32,000 bases of DNA from Candidatus Brocadia sp. (GTDB lineage Bacteria > Planctomycetota > Brocadiia > Brocadiales > Brocadiaceae), in contig CP091279.1 in NCBI GenBank assembly GCA_021650915.1, positions 750,001 to 782,000 of the forward strand, in the 5' to 3' direction. Each line of letters starts with the position of its first letter. Positions within the stretch are counted from its first letter, which is position 1. The notes beneath the pieces were generated by a model. The model was not told the DNA's origin. It worked only from the letters and a program-made list of their open reading frames with translations, and did not search any database. Below, in pieces: positions 9,501 through 16,653 of the stretch. The position numbers were made by a program, and so were the translations under genes.

Positions 9501-9538
9501 GTATTTTTCTGATCATAAAACAGCAGAGTGAGTATTGA
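6506..9538 (+). CDS. hsdR: Type I restriction-modification system, endonuclease/translocase subunit R
   Basis: N-terminal PD-(D/E)XK nuclease 'RPDIVIYVNGIALGVLELKRS'. Helicase motif I 'HTQGSGKSL', motif II 'VDECHRTQ', motif III 'FTGTPL'. 1010 aa. Confidence 0.93.
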   Translation: MNNIGKKERETQNRVIALFQEELDYRYLGNWEDRPNNSNIEEAILRKYLKEKKGYKNTLISKALYELGKAANNLNDGLYSANKKVYQLLRYGVKVKSEVGENYETVELIDWKRPLENEFAIAEEVTIQGNNEKRPDIVIYVNGIALGVLELKRSTISIGDGIRQNIVNQQKEFIQSFFTTIQWVFAGNDTQGLRYGTIGTPEKYFLKWKEEGAGGNLLDKYLLKLCDKARFLEIIYDFTLFDGGKKKLCRPHQYFGIKAAQGHVKRREGGIIWHTQGSGKSLVMVWLAKWILENNPHARVVIITDRDELDKQIERIFTDVGERMARTRNGRDLMDQLGKALPRMLCSLVHKFGRKGVDNFDAFIEEIKRSSSHTVGELFIFVDECHRTQSGKLHKTMKAILKNAIFIGFTGTPLLKQDRQTSLEVFGKYIHTYKFNEAVDDEVVLDLVYEARDIDQKLSSPQKIDEWFEAKTRGLNDFQKSELKKRWGTMQKVLSSRSRLEKIVSDIVFDFNVKPRLNSDMGNAMLVASSIYEACRYFELFQTTELKGKCAIVTSYNPSTRDITTEDTGANTETEKEYIYDIYKTLPGNKSTEKYEDEAKEKFVKEPSNMKLLVVVDKLLTGFDAPPCTYLYIDKSMQDHGLFQAICRVNRLDSDDKEFGYIVDYKDLFRKVENAVAVYTSELDYDTFEKGDVDVLLKDRLEKGRERLDNALEEIALLCEPVAPPKDSLAYIRYFCGDPENEEDLKVHEVKRTSLYKQTVAVIRAYANIAAEMEEAGYTQAEIADIKKKVDYYLKLREEIRNASGETLDLKTYEADMRQLIDTYIQAEESRTISPFADMSLLDLLVNSGIADAINRLPEGIKRNKEAVAETIENNVRKKIMQEHLTDPAYFEEMSKLLHEIVKERRTNAINYEAYLKKIAELAKKVSNPAKDNLPASIKSSNARRALYNNLNYDEELAVVMDEAVRYVKKADWRGNDAKEREIKKALYDILKDANEVERIFLIIKQQSEY

Positions 9539-9539
9539 T

Positions 9540-10241
9540 ATGCTGCAAATCAAATTGAGTAATTTACCTATTGATGTAATTCAAAAGGATATCAAGCATA
9601 TTCATCTGAGTGTTTATCCACCAATTGGCAGGGTAAGAATTTCCGCTCCCTTACGCATGGACCTGGAAACGATTCGGGTTTTCGCTCTATCAAAATTAAA
9701 TTGGATAAAGAAACAGCAGCAAAAGTTGCTCGACCAGGAACGAGAAACCCCAAGGGAATATGTAACACAGGAAAGCCATTACTACCTGGGCAAGCGATAC
9801 CTGATGAAAGTTATTGAGCATAATGCTGCTCCGAGAGTCGTTTTAAAGCACAGCGCTATTGAATTGTATATAAGACCTGATATAAGTAGAGAAAAAAAGC
9901 GGGCCGTTTTGGATGAATGGTATCGCCAAAAACTGAAGGAAATCGTTCCGGAATATATCGCCTACTGGAAGGAAAAGATGAAACTGGAAGGGATTGAGTA
10001 TGCCATAAAAAAGATGAAAACAAAATGGGGCACTTGTAATAGAGAGGCAAAAAGAATCTGGTTAAATCTTGAACTTGCCAAAAAGCCAAAGGAATGTATT
10101 GAATATATCATTGTGCATGAAATGGTGCATCTGTTAGAACGTCATCATAATGAAAGATTTATTGCGTACGTGGATAAGTATTTGCCAAAGTGGCGATTTT
10201 ATAAAGAGGGGTTGAATAAACGCCCGTTGGGCCATGAATAG
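9540..10241 (+). CDS. YgjP/DUF45-type M48-family zinc metallopeptidase
   Basis: HExxH zinc motif 'VHEMVHLLERHH' preceded by 'TKWGTCN'. ATG 9540 lies 1 nt after the hsdR stop. The ORF track allows GTG 9528. Confidence 0.8.
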   Translation: MLQIKLSNLPIDVIQKDIKHIHLSVYPPIGRVRISAPLRMDLETIRVFALSKLNWIKKQQQKLLDQERETPREYVTQESHYYLGKRYLMKVIEHNAAPRVVLKHSAIELYIRPDISREKKRAVLDEWYRQKLKEIVPEYIAYWKEKMKLEGIEYAIKKMKTKWGTCNREAKRIWLNLELAKKPKECIEYIIVHEMVHLLERHHNERFIAYVDKYLPKWRFYKEGLNKRPLGHE

Positions 10242-10489
10242 CCATAACCACCAATGTGAGGAGTGCAGCGAAGGGGATAGGGGGGCATAGCGTTTGCCTA
10301 TGCCAGGTAAAATGGCATTATGATCAACATTGAGACTCCGGCATTTTCTTACCCGTTTGGGTGGTAACCTTTATCCGGCCAATGTTACAGAGAGGAGACC
10401 ACCATTCGGATTTGAAAGTTTTTCAAATTATGAAAAGGGCATTAATATCAGAATATCGATGCAGCATTATAAAAAATTGATATATTGAA

Positions 10490-10885
10490 TTATCGTTTTG
10501 TCCATTGGAAGCTCTTTCTTGCTCCTTTTTTGCCATATTTTTTCCGTTCTTTCATTCTGCTGTCGCGCGTTAACAGACCACTGCCCCGCAAGCTCCCAAC
10601 AAAAGTCGGATTAGACTTAAAAAGCGCCCGGGCGATACCAAGAGATATGGCGCCTGCCTGGCCGGTTATGCCTCCGCCTCGTACATTTGCCAGGACATCA
10701 AATTCACCCAACGTCATGGTAGTTTTTAGAGGAAATTGCACTATACCTCTATCCCGATTAATGGGAAAATAGGTATCCAAGTCCTTGTCATTAACCATGA
10801 TTTTCCCGTTTCCTTTTTTAATTCTTACCCGCGCTATAGATGACTTTCTCCTGCCGGTACCCCAATAATATTGTTCTCCAGTCAC
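10490..10885 (-). CDS. rpsI: 30S ribosomal protein S9
   Basis: 'YWGTGRRKSSIARV', 'GGGITGQAGAISLGIARAL' and C-terminal 'KKYGKKGARKSFQWTKR'. GTG 10885 follows GAGGAGG by 5 nt and gives a typical 131-aa S9. The longest ORF extends to ATG 10927. Confidence 0.9.
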   Translation of the reverse strand: MTGEQYYWGTGRRKSSIARVRIKKGNGKIMVNDKDLDTYFPINRDRGIVQFPLKTTMTLGEFDVLANVRGGGITGQAGAISLGIARALFKSNPTFVGSLRGSGLLTRDSRMKERKKYGKKGARKSFQWTKR

Positions 10886-10962
10886 TTTTTCCTCCTCAAA
10901 AAGGCACGGACATATCTGTTTGCCCATGCCACCCTTTCCCCGTGAAATTTATTAATTTCGAA

Positions 10963-11397
10963 TTAATTACGGATAACCAACTCCTTTGGTTGTTGAGCCT
11001 GGTGTGGGTGCTCGGCACCAGCGTAAATCTTTAATTTTTTCAACATAGCCTTACCCAGCCTTGATCTTGGCAACATCCTTCGCACAGAACGACTGAATAC
11101 CTTTTCAGGCGCTGTCTCCAAGGTTTTACCAACCATTCGTTTCCGCAAACCGCCTTGAAAACCGGTTACATAATAATGAATCTTTTCCTGCATCTTTTTC
11201 CCGGTAAGTTTTACCTTGCTCGCATTCGTTATGATTACAAAGTCTCCGACATCAACGTGAGGCGTATATTCAGGCTTGTGCTTTCCCTGAAGGACCCTGG
11301 AAACGGTGGTTAACATTCGTCCCAGGATTTTATCCTCAGCATCTACAATAAACCAATCCCTCTTTACCTTCTCTTTTTTTGCCATAAAAGTATTCAT
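10963..11397 (-). CDS. rplM: 50S ribosomal protein L13
   Basis: L13 N-terminus 'KVKRDWFIVDAEDKILGRMLTTVSRVLQGKHKPEYTPHVDVGDFVIITNA' and C-terminal 'LKIYAGAEHPHQAQQP'. AAGGA lies 8 nt before ATG 11397. Confidence 0.93.
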   Translation of the reverse strand: MNTFMAKKEKVKRDWFIVDAEDKILGRMLTTVSRVLQGKHKPEYTPHVDVGDFVIITNASKVKLTGKKMQEKIHYYVTGFQGGLRKRMVGKTLETAPEKVFSRSVRRMLPRSRLGKAMLKKLKIYAGAEHPHQAQQPKELVIRN

Positions 11398-11424
11398 TGT
11401 GCGTATCCTTAAACGGTGAAAATT

Positions 11425-11454
11425 AAAAGCGCCTTATAGCGATAAGGCGCTTTT
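11425..11454 (-). terminator. Intrinsic terminator hairpin (symmetric, T-runs on both strands)
   Basis: GCGCCTTAT-agcg-ATAAGGCGC (11429-11450) is flanked by AAAA/TTTT. On the minus strand it is followed by TTTTAATTTTC. It lies 33 nt after the stop of the small Cys-rich ORF and 28 nt before the rplM ATG. Confidence 0.55.
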
Positions 11455-11486
11455 GCTTTTACAATCACAAAAAAATTTCTTTCTCA

Positions 11487-11660
11487 CTACTTTTTACAAT
11501 TGCATTCACGTGCTTTTCCGGAGCAATGGCTGCAGGGACAGCCTTCCGGGCACTGACAATGACCAGCAAACGCGCTTTTAACAAGCGTTGATATATTTGC
11601 TATACCAGCTCCAACCGTAATCACACCAAACACCGCCAGGGATATATATATCTTCCTCAT
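11487..11660 (-). CDS. Small secreted Cys/His-rich peptide (57 aa, below the ORF-track cutoff)
   Basis: Hand translation: MRKIYISLAVFGVITVGAGIANISTLVKSAFAGHCQCPEGCPCSHCSGKARECNCKK*. ATG 11660 is preceded by the extended SD GGAGGTGATAT. The peptide has a signal-peptide-like N-terminus with AFA|G, its own TTGACA-17-TATAAA promoter, and a downstream intrinsic terminator. Confidence 0.5.
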   Translation of the reverse strand: MRKIYISLAVFGVITVGAGIANISTLVKSAFAGHCQCPEGCPCSHCSGKARECNCKK

Positions 11661-11745
11661 ATATCACCTCCTTGCTATAGCTATAAAGTAATACAGATAC
11701 ATTGTCACGAAAACGTTACTATTCAGAAATGAAAAGCAGTTCAAT

Positions 11746-11774
11746 TTTATATCAAAAGACGCTGTATTTGTCAA
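11746..11774 (-). promoter_or_regulatory. Predicted sigma70-type promoter of the Cys-rich peptide gene
   Basis: On the minus strand: TTGACA (11774-11769), 17 nt, TATAAA (11751-11746). Confidence 0.4.
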
Positions 11775-11801
11775 CGATATTTTCGAGAAATGAAATTTTC
11801 G

Positions 11802-11831
11802 TTGACATACCAGATCCATAATCATTAATAT
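11802..11831 (+). promoter_or_regulatory. Predicted sigma70-type promoter of the solitary fabZ-like gene
   Basis: TTGACA (11802-11807), 18 nt, TAATAT (11826-11831), about 78 nt upstream of ATG 11909. Confidence 0.4.
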
Positions 11832-11908
11832 AGCACCAAATCAATTTTTTTTATAACATCTGATAATTCATTTTATTTGGCTATTTTAAAGTTACCGAAT
11901 GAACGATT

Positions 11909-12382
11909 ATGTCACAAGAAATTTTAATTGATTTACGCACCTTAGATTTAAATAAGACCACAGTCGATATTGAAACGATCCGCGCTGTAATACCTCACCG
12001 ATACGAGATGGAGCAGTTAAATGGTATTATACAATTTGATCCTGAACAAAAGATTATTGTAGGGTACAAAGATATTTCGGATAAGGAATTTTGGATTCGG
12101 GGACATATCCCTGGCCGTCCGCTGATGCCAGGGGTGCTTATGCTGGAAGCCGCAGCGCAATTGTGTACATACTATTACAAAAAGACCACACACGATGATC
12201 GTTTTCTTGGTTTTGGCGGTATTGACAAAGTGAAATTCAGAGGAAAAGTTGTGCCCGGAGACAAACTCATTTTAATTGCAAAGAACAAAGAGTTGCGTTC
12301 GCGAAGAGCGATCTTTGACACCCAGGGGGTTGTGGATGGAAAACTTGTCTTTGAGGCTGTTATTATTGGAATGGTGGTGTAA
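11909..12382 (+). CDS. FabZ/FabA-like hot-dog fold 3-hydroxyacyl-ACP dehydratase (solitary paralogue)
   Basis: 'IPHRYEMEQLNGI' and catalytic His/Glu context 'GHIPGRPLMPGVLMLEAAAQ'. 157 aa. Confidence 0.8.
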   Translation: MSQEILIDLRTLDLNKTTVDIETIRAVIPHRYEMEQLNGIIQFDPEQKIIVGYKDISDKEFWIRGHIPGRPLMPGVLMLEAAAQLCTYYYKKTTHDDRFLGFGGIDKVKFRGKVVPGDKLILIAKNKELRSRRAIFDTQGVVDGKLVFEAVIIGMVV

Positions 12383-12398
12383 TGGCAGGTATATAAAA

Positions 12399-13145
12399 TT
12401 AGCGCGTTATCAGGGAGCTTGCATTGGTTATTCCCAAAATATCCTTAATTTGTTTAATAGAATAATCAGGTTTACTATATTTATCCTGCCCTTTCAGATA
12501 TGCCCGATAATGTCTTCCGTGCTCAACCATTACGGTAATCATTCCTAAAGACTTGCCTGCCGTTAATTCATCATCGATCTTATCCCCGATACAAACAATT
12601 TCTTCCGGTCTCAGGTAATATCGTTGGATAATTTCTTTGAAATTGGCATTCTTTGTTTGCCCATTAATTCTATCTGCAATGAAAATATCATCAAAATAGT
12701 TATGCTTTAATCCGAGGGCATGGATCTTTTTGTTTTGTATTTTTTTTTCTCCTGAGGTAACAAGGATGAGTTTATAACCTTGAGCTTTAAGTTGCTTCAA
12801 AGTTTCAATTACGCCAGGGAAGAGGGCGATTCCCACGATGTCAATATGGATAAATTCCTCCCACAATGCATTAACGCAGGCATTTGGAAGATAGTGCATT
12901 GCCACGATTTTTTCGTAGATATTCGCATTTGTTCCATACTGCTCTTCCATCTTCATTTGAAGATGATACGCTTCCTCTTCAGAACAATGGATTAGCCTGG
13001 CGATCATCTTTGCAGCATGTTTTCTTCCCTGCAATACGAGCGTACCGCTGCAATCATACAAGGTATCATCCAAGTCAAAAATAAGCGCTTTCACATTCAG
13101 GGAATTTTGCATCACGTCAGCAATGGAAAATAGGAAACGGAACAA
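12399..13145 (-). CDS. HAD-superfamily hydrolase
   Basis: Motif I 'LIFDLDDTLYD', motif II 'LVTSG', motif IV 'IGDKIDDE'. The start is uncertain: TTG 13145 (AGGTG 6 nt upstream) or ATG 13112. Confidence 0.8.
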   Translation of the reverse strand: MFRFLFSIADVMQNSLNVKALIFDLDDTLYDCSGTLVLQGRKHAAKMIARLIHCSEEEAYHLQMKMEEQYGTNANIYEKIVAMHYLPNACVNALWEEFIHIDIVGIALFPGVIETLKQLKAQGYKLILVTSGEKKIQNKKIHALGLKHNYFDDIFIADRINGQTKNANFKEIIQRYYLRPEEIVCIGDKIDDELTAGKSLGMITVMVEHGRHYRAYLKGQDKYSKPDYSIKQIKDILGITNASSLITR

Positions 13146-13171
13146 TCGTCACACCTGATTAATATCGATTC

Positions 13172-14869
13172 CTACCGTAAATACGCCTCCGTTACATAAC
13201 GGCGCATCATGCGATTGGTATTGAAGTAGTACGCGAGTTTGCTAATTGAATTTTTCATCATCCTGATCCATTGGCTTCTGTCGTGATAATACATGGGAAG
13301 AATAATGGTTTCCAGCTTGTAGTATAAGTCCTCAGCATCCGTTGCGTCGTTAACAGGTATCAGCGATGATTCTACCGGTTTAGGGCCAATAGACCAGCCG
13401 GTTACGCCCTCAAGATGACCCTCAATCCACCACCCATCCAGGATACTAAAATTGATCACCCCATTGTGCGCTGCCTTCATACCGCTCGTACCCGAGGCCT
13501 CGCGGGGGCGTAAAGGTGTATTAAGCCATATATCTACGCCAGAAATGAGCTTTAAGGCTATTTCCATATTGTAATTTTTAATAAACACAACACTGACATT
13601 GTCGTTTATGGTTTTCGCAATTTCAACGATTCTCCTGATAATATCTTTGCCCGGGGTGTCTTTCGGATGCGCCTTTCCCGAATAGATAATCTGAATCTTT
13701 CCTTTTTCACATATTTTTAGAAATCGTTCGAGATTAAAAAATATTAAATCTGCCCGTTTATACGACGTAAATCTTCTGGCAAATCCTATGGTAAACACAT
13801 CAGGGCTCATCTTTATATCCGTAATTTTTTTTACATAATCGACAAGATCATTTTTTGCATGGAGATGCGCTTCCCACACCTCTTCGTCGGGAATAATCTC
13901 TGAGCGGACAAGGAGTTCCGGTTCATTAGCCCAACTGGGTATATATTTGTCATACAAACGTTTAAAACTCTCACACGTCCAGGTAAACGAGTGCACTCCA
14001 TTGGTAATGGCATGAATCTCATAGCCAGGAAAGAGATTTTTCGATACCTCACCGTGTTTTTTTGCTACGCCGTTTATATAGTTACTCAGGTTTAAAGCAA
14101 GGTGTGACATATTTAAGTCATGTTCTCCACCGAGTCTTTTCAATACTTTCAATGGTATAATCTCACCAAGTATTTTCTGTACGAGATCATAGGAAAAACG
14201 ATCATGACCAGCTTCAATGGGAGTATGGGTTGTGAATACACAGAGGTCTTTTACCTTGTCAGTGTCCCAGATCCAATTTTCGTCCCAAACGCTTTCGACG
14301 TCACGTTTGTGGAGCAGAAGCAATTCCAGAGTCAATAGACTTGCATGTCCCTCGTTCATATGGTACTTTTTAATGTGAAATCCAAGAGCCCGAAGCATGC
14401 GCACCCCGCCAATACCAAGCACGATCTCCTGTTTTAACCGGTACTGCAAATCACCGCCATATAAAACGGCAGTAATTTCCCGGTCTTCTTTTGTATTCTC
14501 TGCAACATCAGTATCAAGATAGAAGACATCTATTTCTCCGCCAGCAATGCTTCGCACTTTATAGCACCATGCCTGGATATAAACAGCGCGCCCTTCAATT
14601 TGCACTTTGACCTTTCGCGGCAGGCGAGTCATAAATCTGGCGGGATCCCAGTCTACTGAATGTTCAACTTGTCTTCCCCCGCTGTCAATATCCTGAGAAA
14701 AGTAGCCCTTCTTTGAAATCAGGGTAACGGCAACAATCGGTATCTCCAGATCGGCGCTCGATTTTATGGTGTCTCCCGCCAGCACTCCGAGACCGCCGCT
14801 ATACGTAGGAATATCATTCGACAAACCGATTTCCATGGAAAAATATGCGATCATTGTTTCGTTATTCAT
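13172..14869 (-). CDS. glgP: Alpha-glucan phosphorylase (short GT35 form)
   Basis: 'YFSMEIGL...IPTYSGGLGVLAGD' N-terminus and the pyridoxal-phosphate lysine region 'EASGTSGMKAAHNGV'. 565 aa. Confidence 0.88.
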   Translation of the reverse strand: MNNETMIAYFSMEIGLSNDIPTYSGGLGVLAGDTIKSSADLEIPIVAVTLISKKGYFSQDIDSGGRQVEHSVDWDPARFMTRLPRKVKVQIEGRAVYIQAWCYKVRSIAGGEIDVFYLDTDVAENTKEDREITAVLYGGDLQYRLKQEIVLGIGGVRMLRALGFHIKKYHMNEGHASLLTLELLLLHKRDVESVWDENWIWDTDKVKDLCVFTTHTPIEAGHDRFSYDLVQKILGEIIPLKVLKRLGGEHDLNMSHLALNLSNYINGVAKKHGEVSKNLFPGYEIHAITNGVHSFTWTCESFKRLYDKYIPSWANEPELLVRSEIIPDEEVWEAHLHAKNDLVDYVKKITDIKMSPDVFTIGFARRFTSYKRADLIFFNLERFLKICEKGKIQIIYSGKAHPKDTPGKDIIRRIVEIAKTINDNVSVVFIKNYNMEIALKLISGVDIWLNTPLRPREASGTSGMKAAHNGVINFSILDGWWIEGHLEGVTGWSIGPKPVESSLIPVNDATDAEDLYYKLETIILPMYYHDRSQWIRMMKNSISKLAYYFNTNRMMRRYVTEAYLR

Positions 14870-14936
14870 GGGTATCCAGGCAGATGCGTCTGCTTATCCT
14901 TTCGTTGAACCTAAAGTTTTCAGAATAATCGTATTA

Positions 14937-16370
14937 TTACATATGGATGGGTCTATCAATGACTGCGTGAGCAGCCTCCAGAATGGCCTCAGAGAGGGTA
15001 GGGTGGGGGAATATGGCGTTCGTCAGCTCGATTGCCGTTCCTTCCAAAATTGCCGAAAGAGACATACCCCACATCAATTCGCCCACATTGGGCCCTATGG
15101 CATGCATTCCTAATATCTCACCATATTTATCGTCCGCAATAATTTTTAAAAATCCTTCTTCAGATTCACCATCAATAATTGCCTTGCTGTTAGCAAGAAA
15201 GGGAAATTTTCCTATCCTGGTTTTATATCCTCTTTTAACCGCTTCTTCCTGGGTAAGACCCATACTTGCAACCTGTGGTGAACAATACGTCACGGCAGGT
15301 ATATTTTGATAATTTATTGGTGCGGTCTCTTTGCCTGCAAGGTGAGAGACGGCAAGAAGTCCTTGTTTTACTGCCTTGTGGGCAAGAAGAGGAGGGCCGG
15401 TAATATCTCCAATAGCAAAGACGCCTTTTTGGCTTGTTTCCATAACCTTATTCGTTTGCAGATATTTTCCCTGGTAAGTTAATGATAATTTTTCCAGTCC
15501 AATGTCCGCCAGGGCAGGATTTCTTCCTAATGCAAGGAGTAGATAATCGGCTTTGATGAATTCCTGATTTCCCCTGGTGGCAGGGGGGGGGATGATCTCA
15601 TCTTTTCTTTTTATCTCTGCTGTCACACCATTGCCGACGGTGACCTTTTCCAACGAGGCACTGGTTTGAGTTTCTATTCCTCTGTTGTTAAAAATTCTTT
15701 TTAACGTCGAACTTATCTCTTTATCTCCTGCGGGAAGGATGTCGGTAAAAAATTCAAGGATGGTTACCTTCGCTCCCAAAATATTGAGGAGATGGGCAAA
15801 TTCAACCCCAATGGCGCCACCACCCGCAATAACGATGGATTTAGGGATTTCCTCCCATACTAAGATATCATTGCTGGTAAGAACGTATTTACTGTCGTGC
15901 GGAATGTTACCGGGGATGAGTGGAACAGACCCTGTTGCCAGGATAATATTTTTTGTAATAATCCTGTTAACATCTGTTCCGTTTTTTTTGACTAAAACAG
16001 AATTTGGCGATATGATGTAACCTTCGCCGTGAAAAACCTCAACTCGATTTTTTTTGAGAAGAAACTGGACTCCGTGAAACAGTCTTGCAACGACGTCCTC
16101 TTTTCTCCGGTGCAACTGTGCATAATTAATTTCTGCTTTATCGACCGTAATGCCAAATTCTTTTGCTCTCAGAAAGCGCACATAAAGATCCGCTGCGTGG
16201 AGAAGCACCTTTGTCGGAATACAACCCCGATGCAAACAGACGCCACCCACCTTATCCTTTTCGATAAGAGCAGTTTTTATTCCAAGTTGAGCGGCTCTTA
16301 TAGCCGCTCCATAACCGCCTGGTCCACCACCAATGATTGCAAGATCAAAGGCAGAGTCTCCCCCGGTCAA
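14937..16370 (-). CDS. lpdA: Dihydrolipoyl dehydrogenase (E3) / pyridine nucleotide-disulfide oxidoreductase
   Basis: FAD site 'DLAIIGGGPGGYGAAIRAAQLG'. Redox disulfide 'GGVCLHRGCIPTK'. NAD site 'IAGGGAIGVEFA'. C-terminal 'HPTLSEA'. TTG start 16370 is preceded by AAGGAGGG. Confidence 0.9.
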   Translation of the reverse strand: MTGGDSAFDLAIIGGGPGGYGAAIRAAQLGIKTALIEKDKVGGVCLHRGCIPTKVLLHAADLYVRFLRAKEFGITVDKAEINYAQLHRRKEDVVARLFHGVQFLLKKNRVEVFHGEGYIISPNSVLVKKNGTDVNRIITKNIILATGSVPLIPGNIPHDSKYVLTSNDILVWEEIPKSIVIAGGGAIGVEFAHLLNILGAKVTILEFFTDILPAGDKEISSTLKRIFNNRGIETQTSASLEKVTVGNGVTAEIKRKDEIIPPPATRGNQEFIKADYLLLALGRNPALADIGLEKLSLTYQGKYLQTNKVMETSQKGVFAIGDITGPPLLAHKAVKQGLLAVSHLAGKETAPINYQNIPAVTYCSPQVASMGLTQEEAVKRGYKTRIGKFPFLANSKAIIDGESEEGFLKIIADDKYGEILGMHAIGPNVGELMWGMSLSAILEGTAIELTNAIFPHPTLSEAILEAAHAVIDRPIHM

Positions 16371-16499
16371 TTATCCCTCCTTTTTCCATGTGAAAAGAAT
16401 AACGAAAATGAGTGCAATAGCGACAATCATAATCGCCTTTGGGCTAATATCAGGAATGATTGATTTTTCCATAGACAATGACAACAATTTACCGATCAT
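16371..16499 (-). CDS. Possible 42-aa single-pass membrane peptide, translationally coupled to lpd
   Basis: Hand translation: MIGKLLSLSMEKSIIPDISPKAIMIVAIALIFVILFTWKKEG*. GGAGGT lies 9 nt before ATG 16499. The TAA stop (16373-16371) abuts the lpd TTG start. Confidence 0.4.
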   Translation of the reverse strand: MIGKLLSLSMEKSIIPDISPKAIMIVAIALIFVILFTWKKEG

Positions 16500-16585
16500 G
16501 ATAATTTTACCTCCTTATTTAAAGCGGAAAGATTTTTAGCGTACATCAATTGGATTTCCACCGAACATCAAAACTATAATACAAA

Positions 16586-16615
16586 GGCACATCAGCGATA
16601 ACACATTGATGTGCC
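16586..16615 (-). terminator. Intrinsic terminator of the lipid operon
   Basis: GGCACATCA-12 nt-TGATGTGCC is followed on the minus strand by TTTGTATTATAGTTTT. It lies 39 nt after the radical SAM stop codon. Confidence 0.55.
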
Positions 16616-16653
16616 TCTGCAATCGCCTTTCAAGAAGGCTGAATGTGCTGGTA

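Noticed and set aside
10242-10489. Spacer between the M48 peptidase gene and rpsI, scanned for tRNA, att-type direct repeats or terminators
   Set aside because: Only short hairpins are present (GGCATAG-7-CTATGCC; TTTGAAA-gtt-TTTCAAA). There is no cloverleaf and no repeat shared with the 849-1157 spacer that would mark island boundaries.
14937-16370. lpd as a seventh gene of the lipid operon
   Set aside because: A terminator-like hairpin (16586-16615) and a 283-nt gap containing its own SD-led small ORF separate it from the radical SAM gene. A functional link remains possible but is unsupported.
14766-16539. Plus-strand ORFs opposite lpd and the glgP start (14766-15113, 14983-15309, 15685-16020, 16029-16463, 16333-16539)
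   Set aside because: They are antisense to a flavoprotein gene with all signature motifs, and they have no ribosome-binding sites or recognisable domains.
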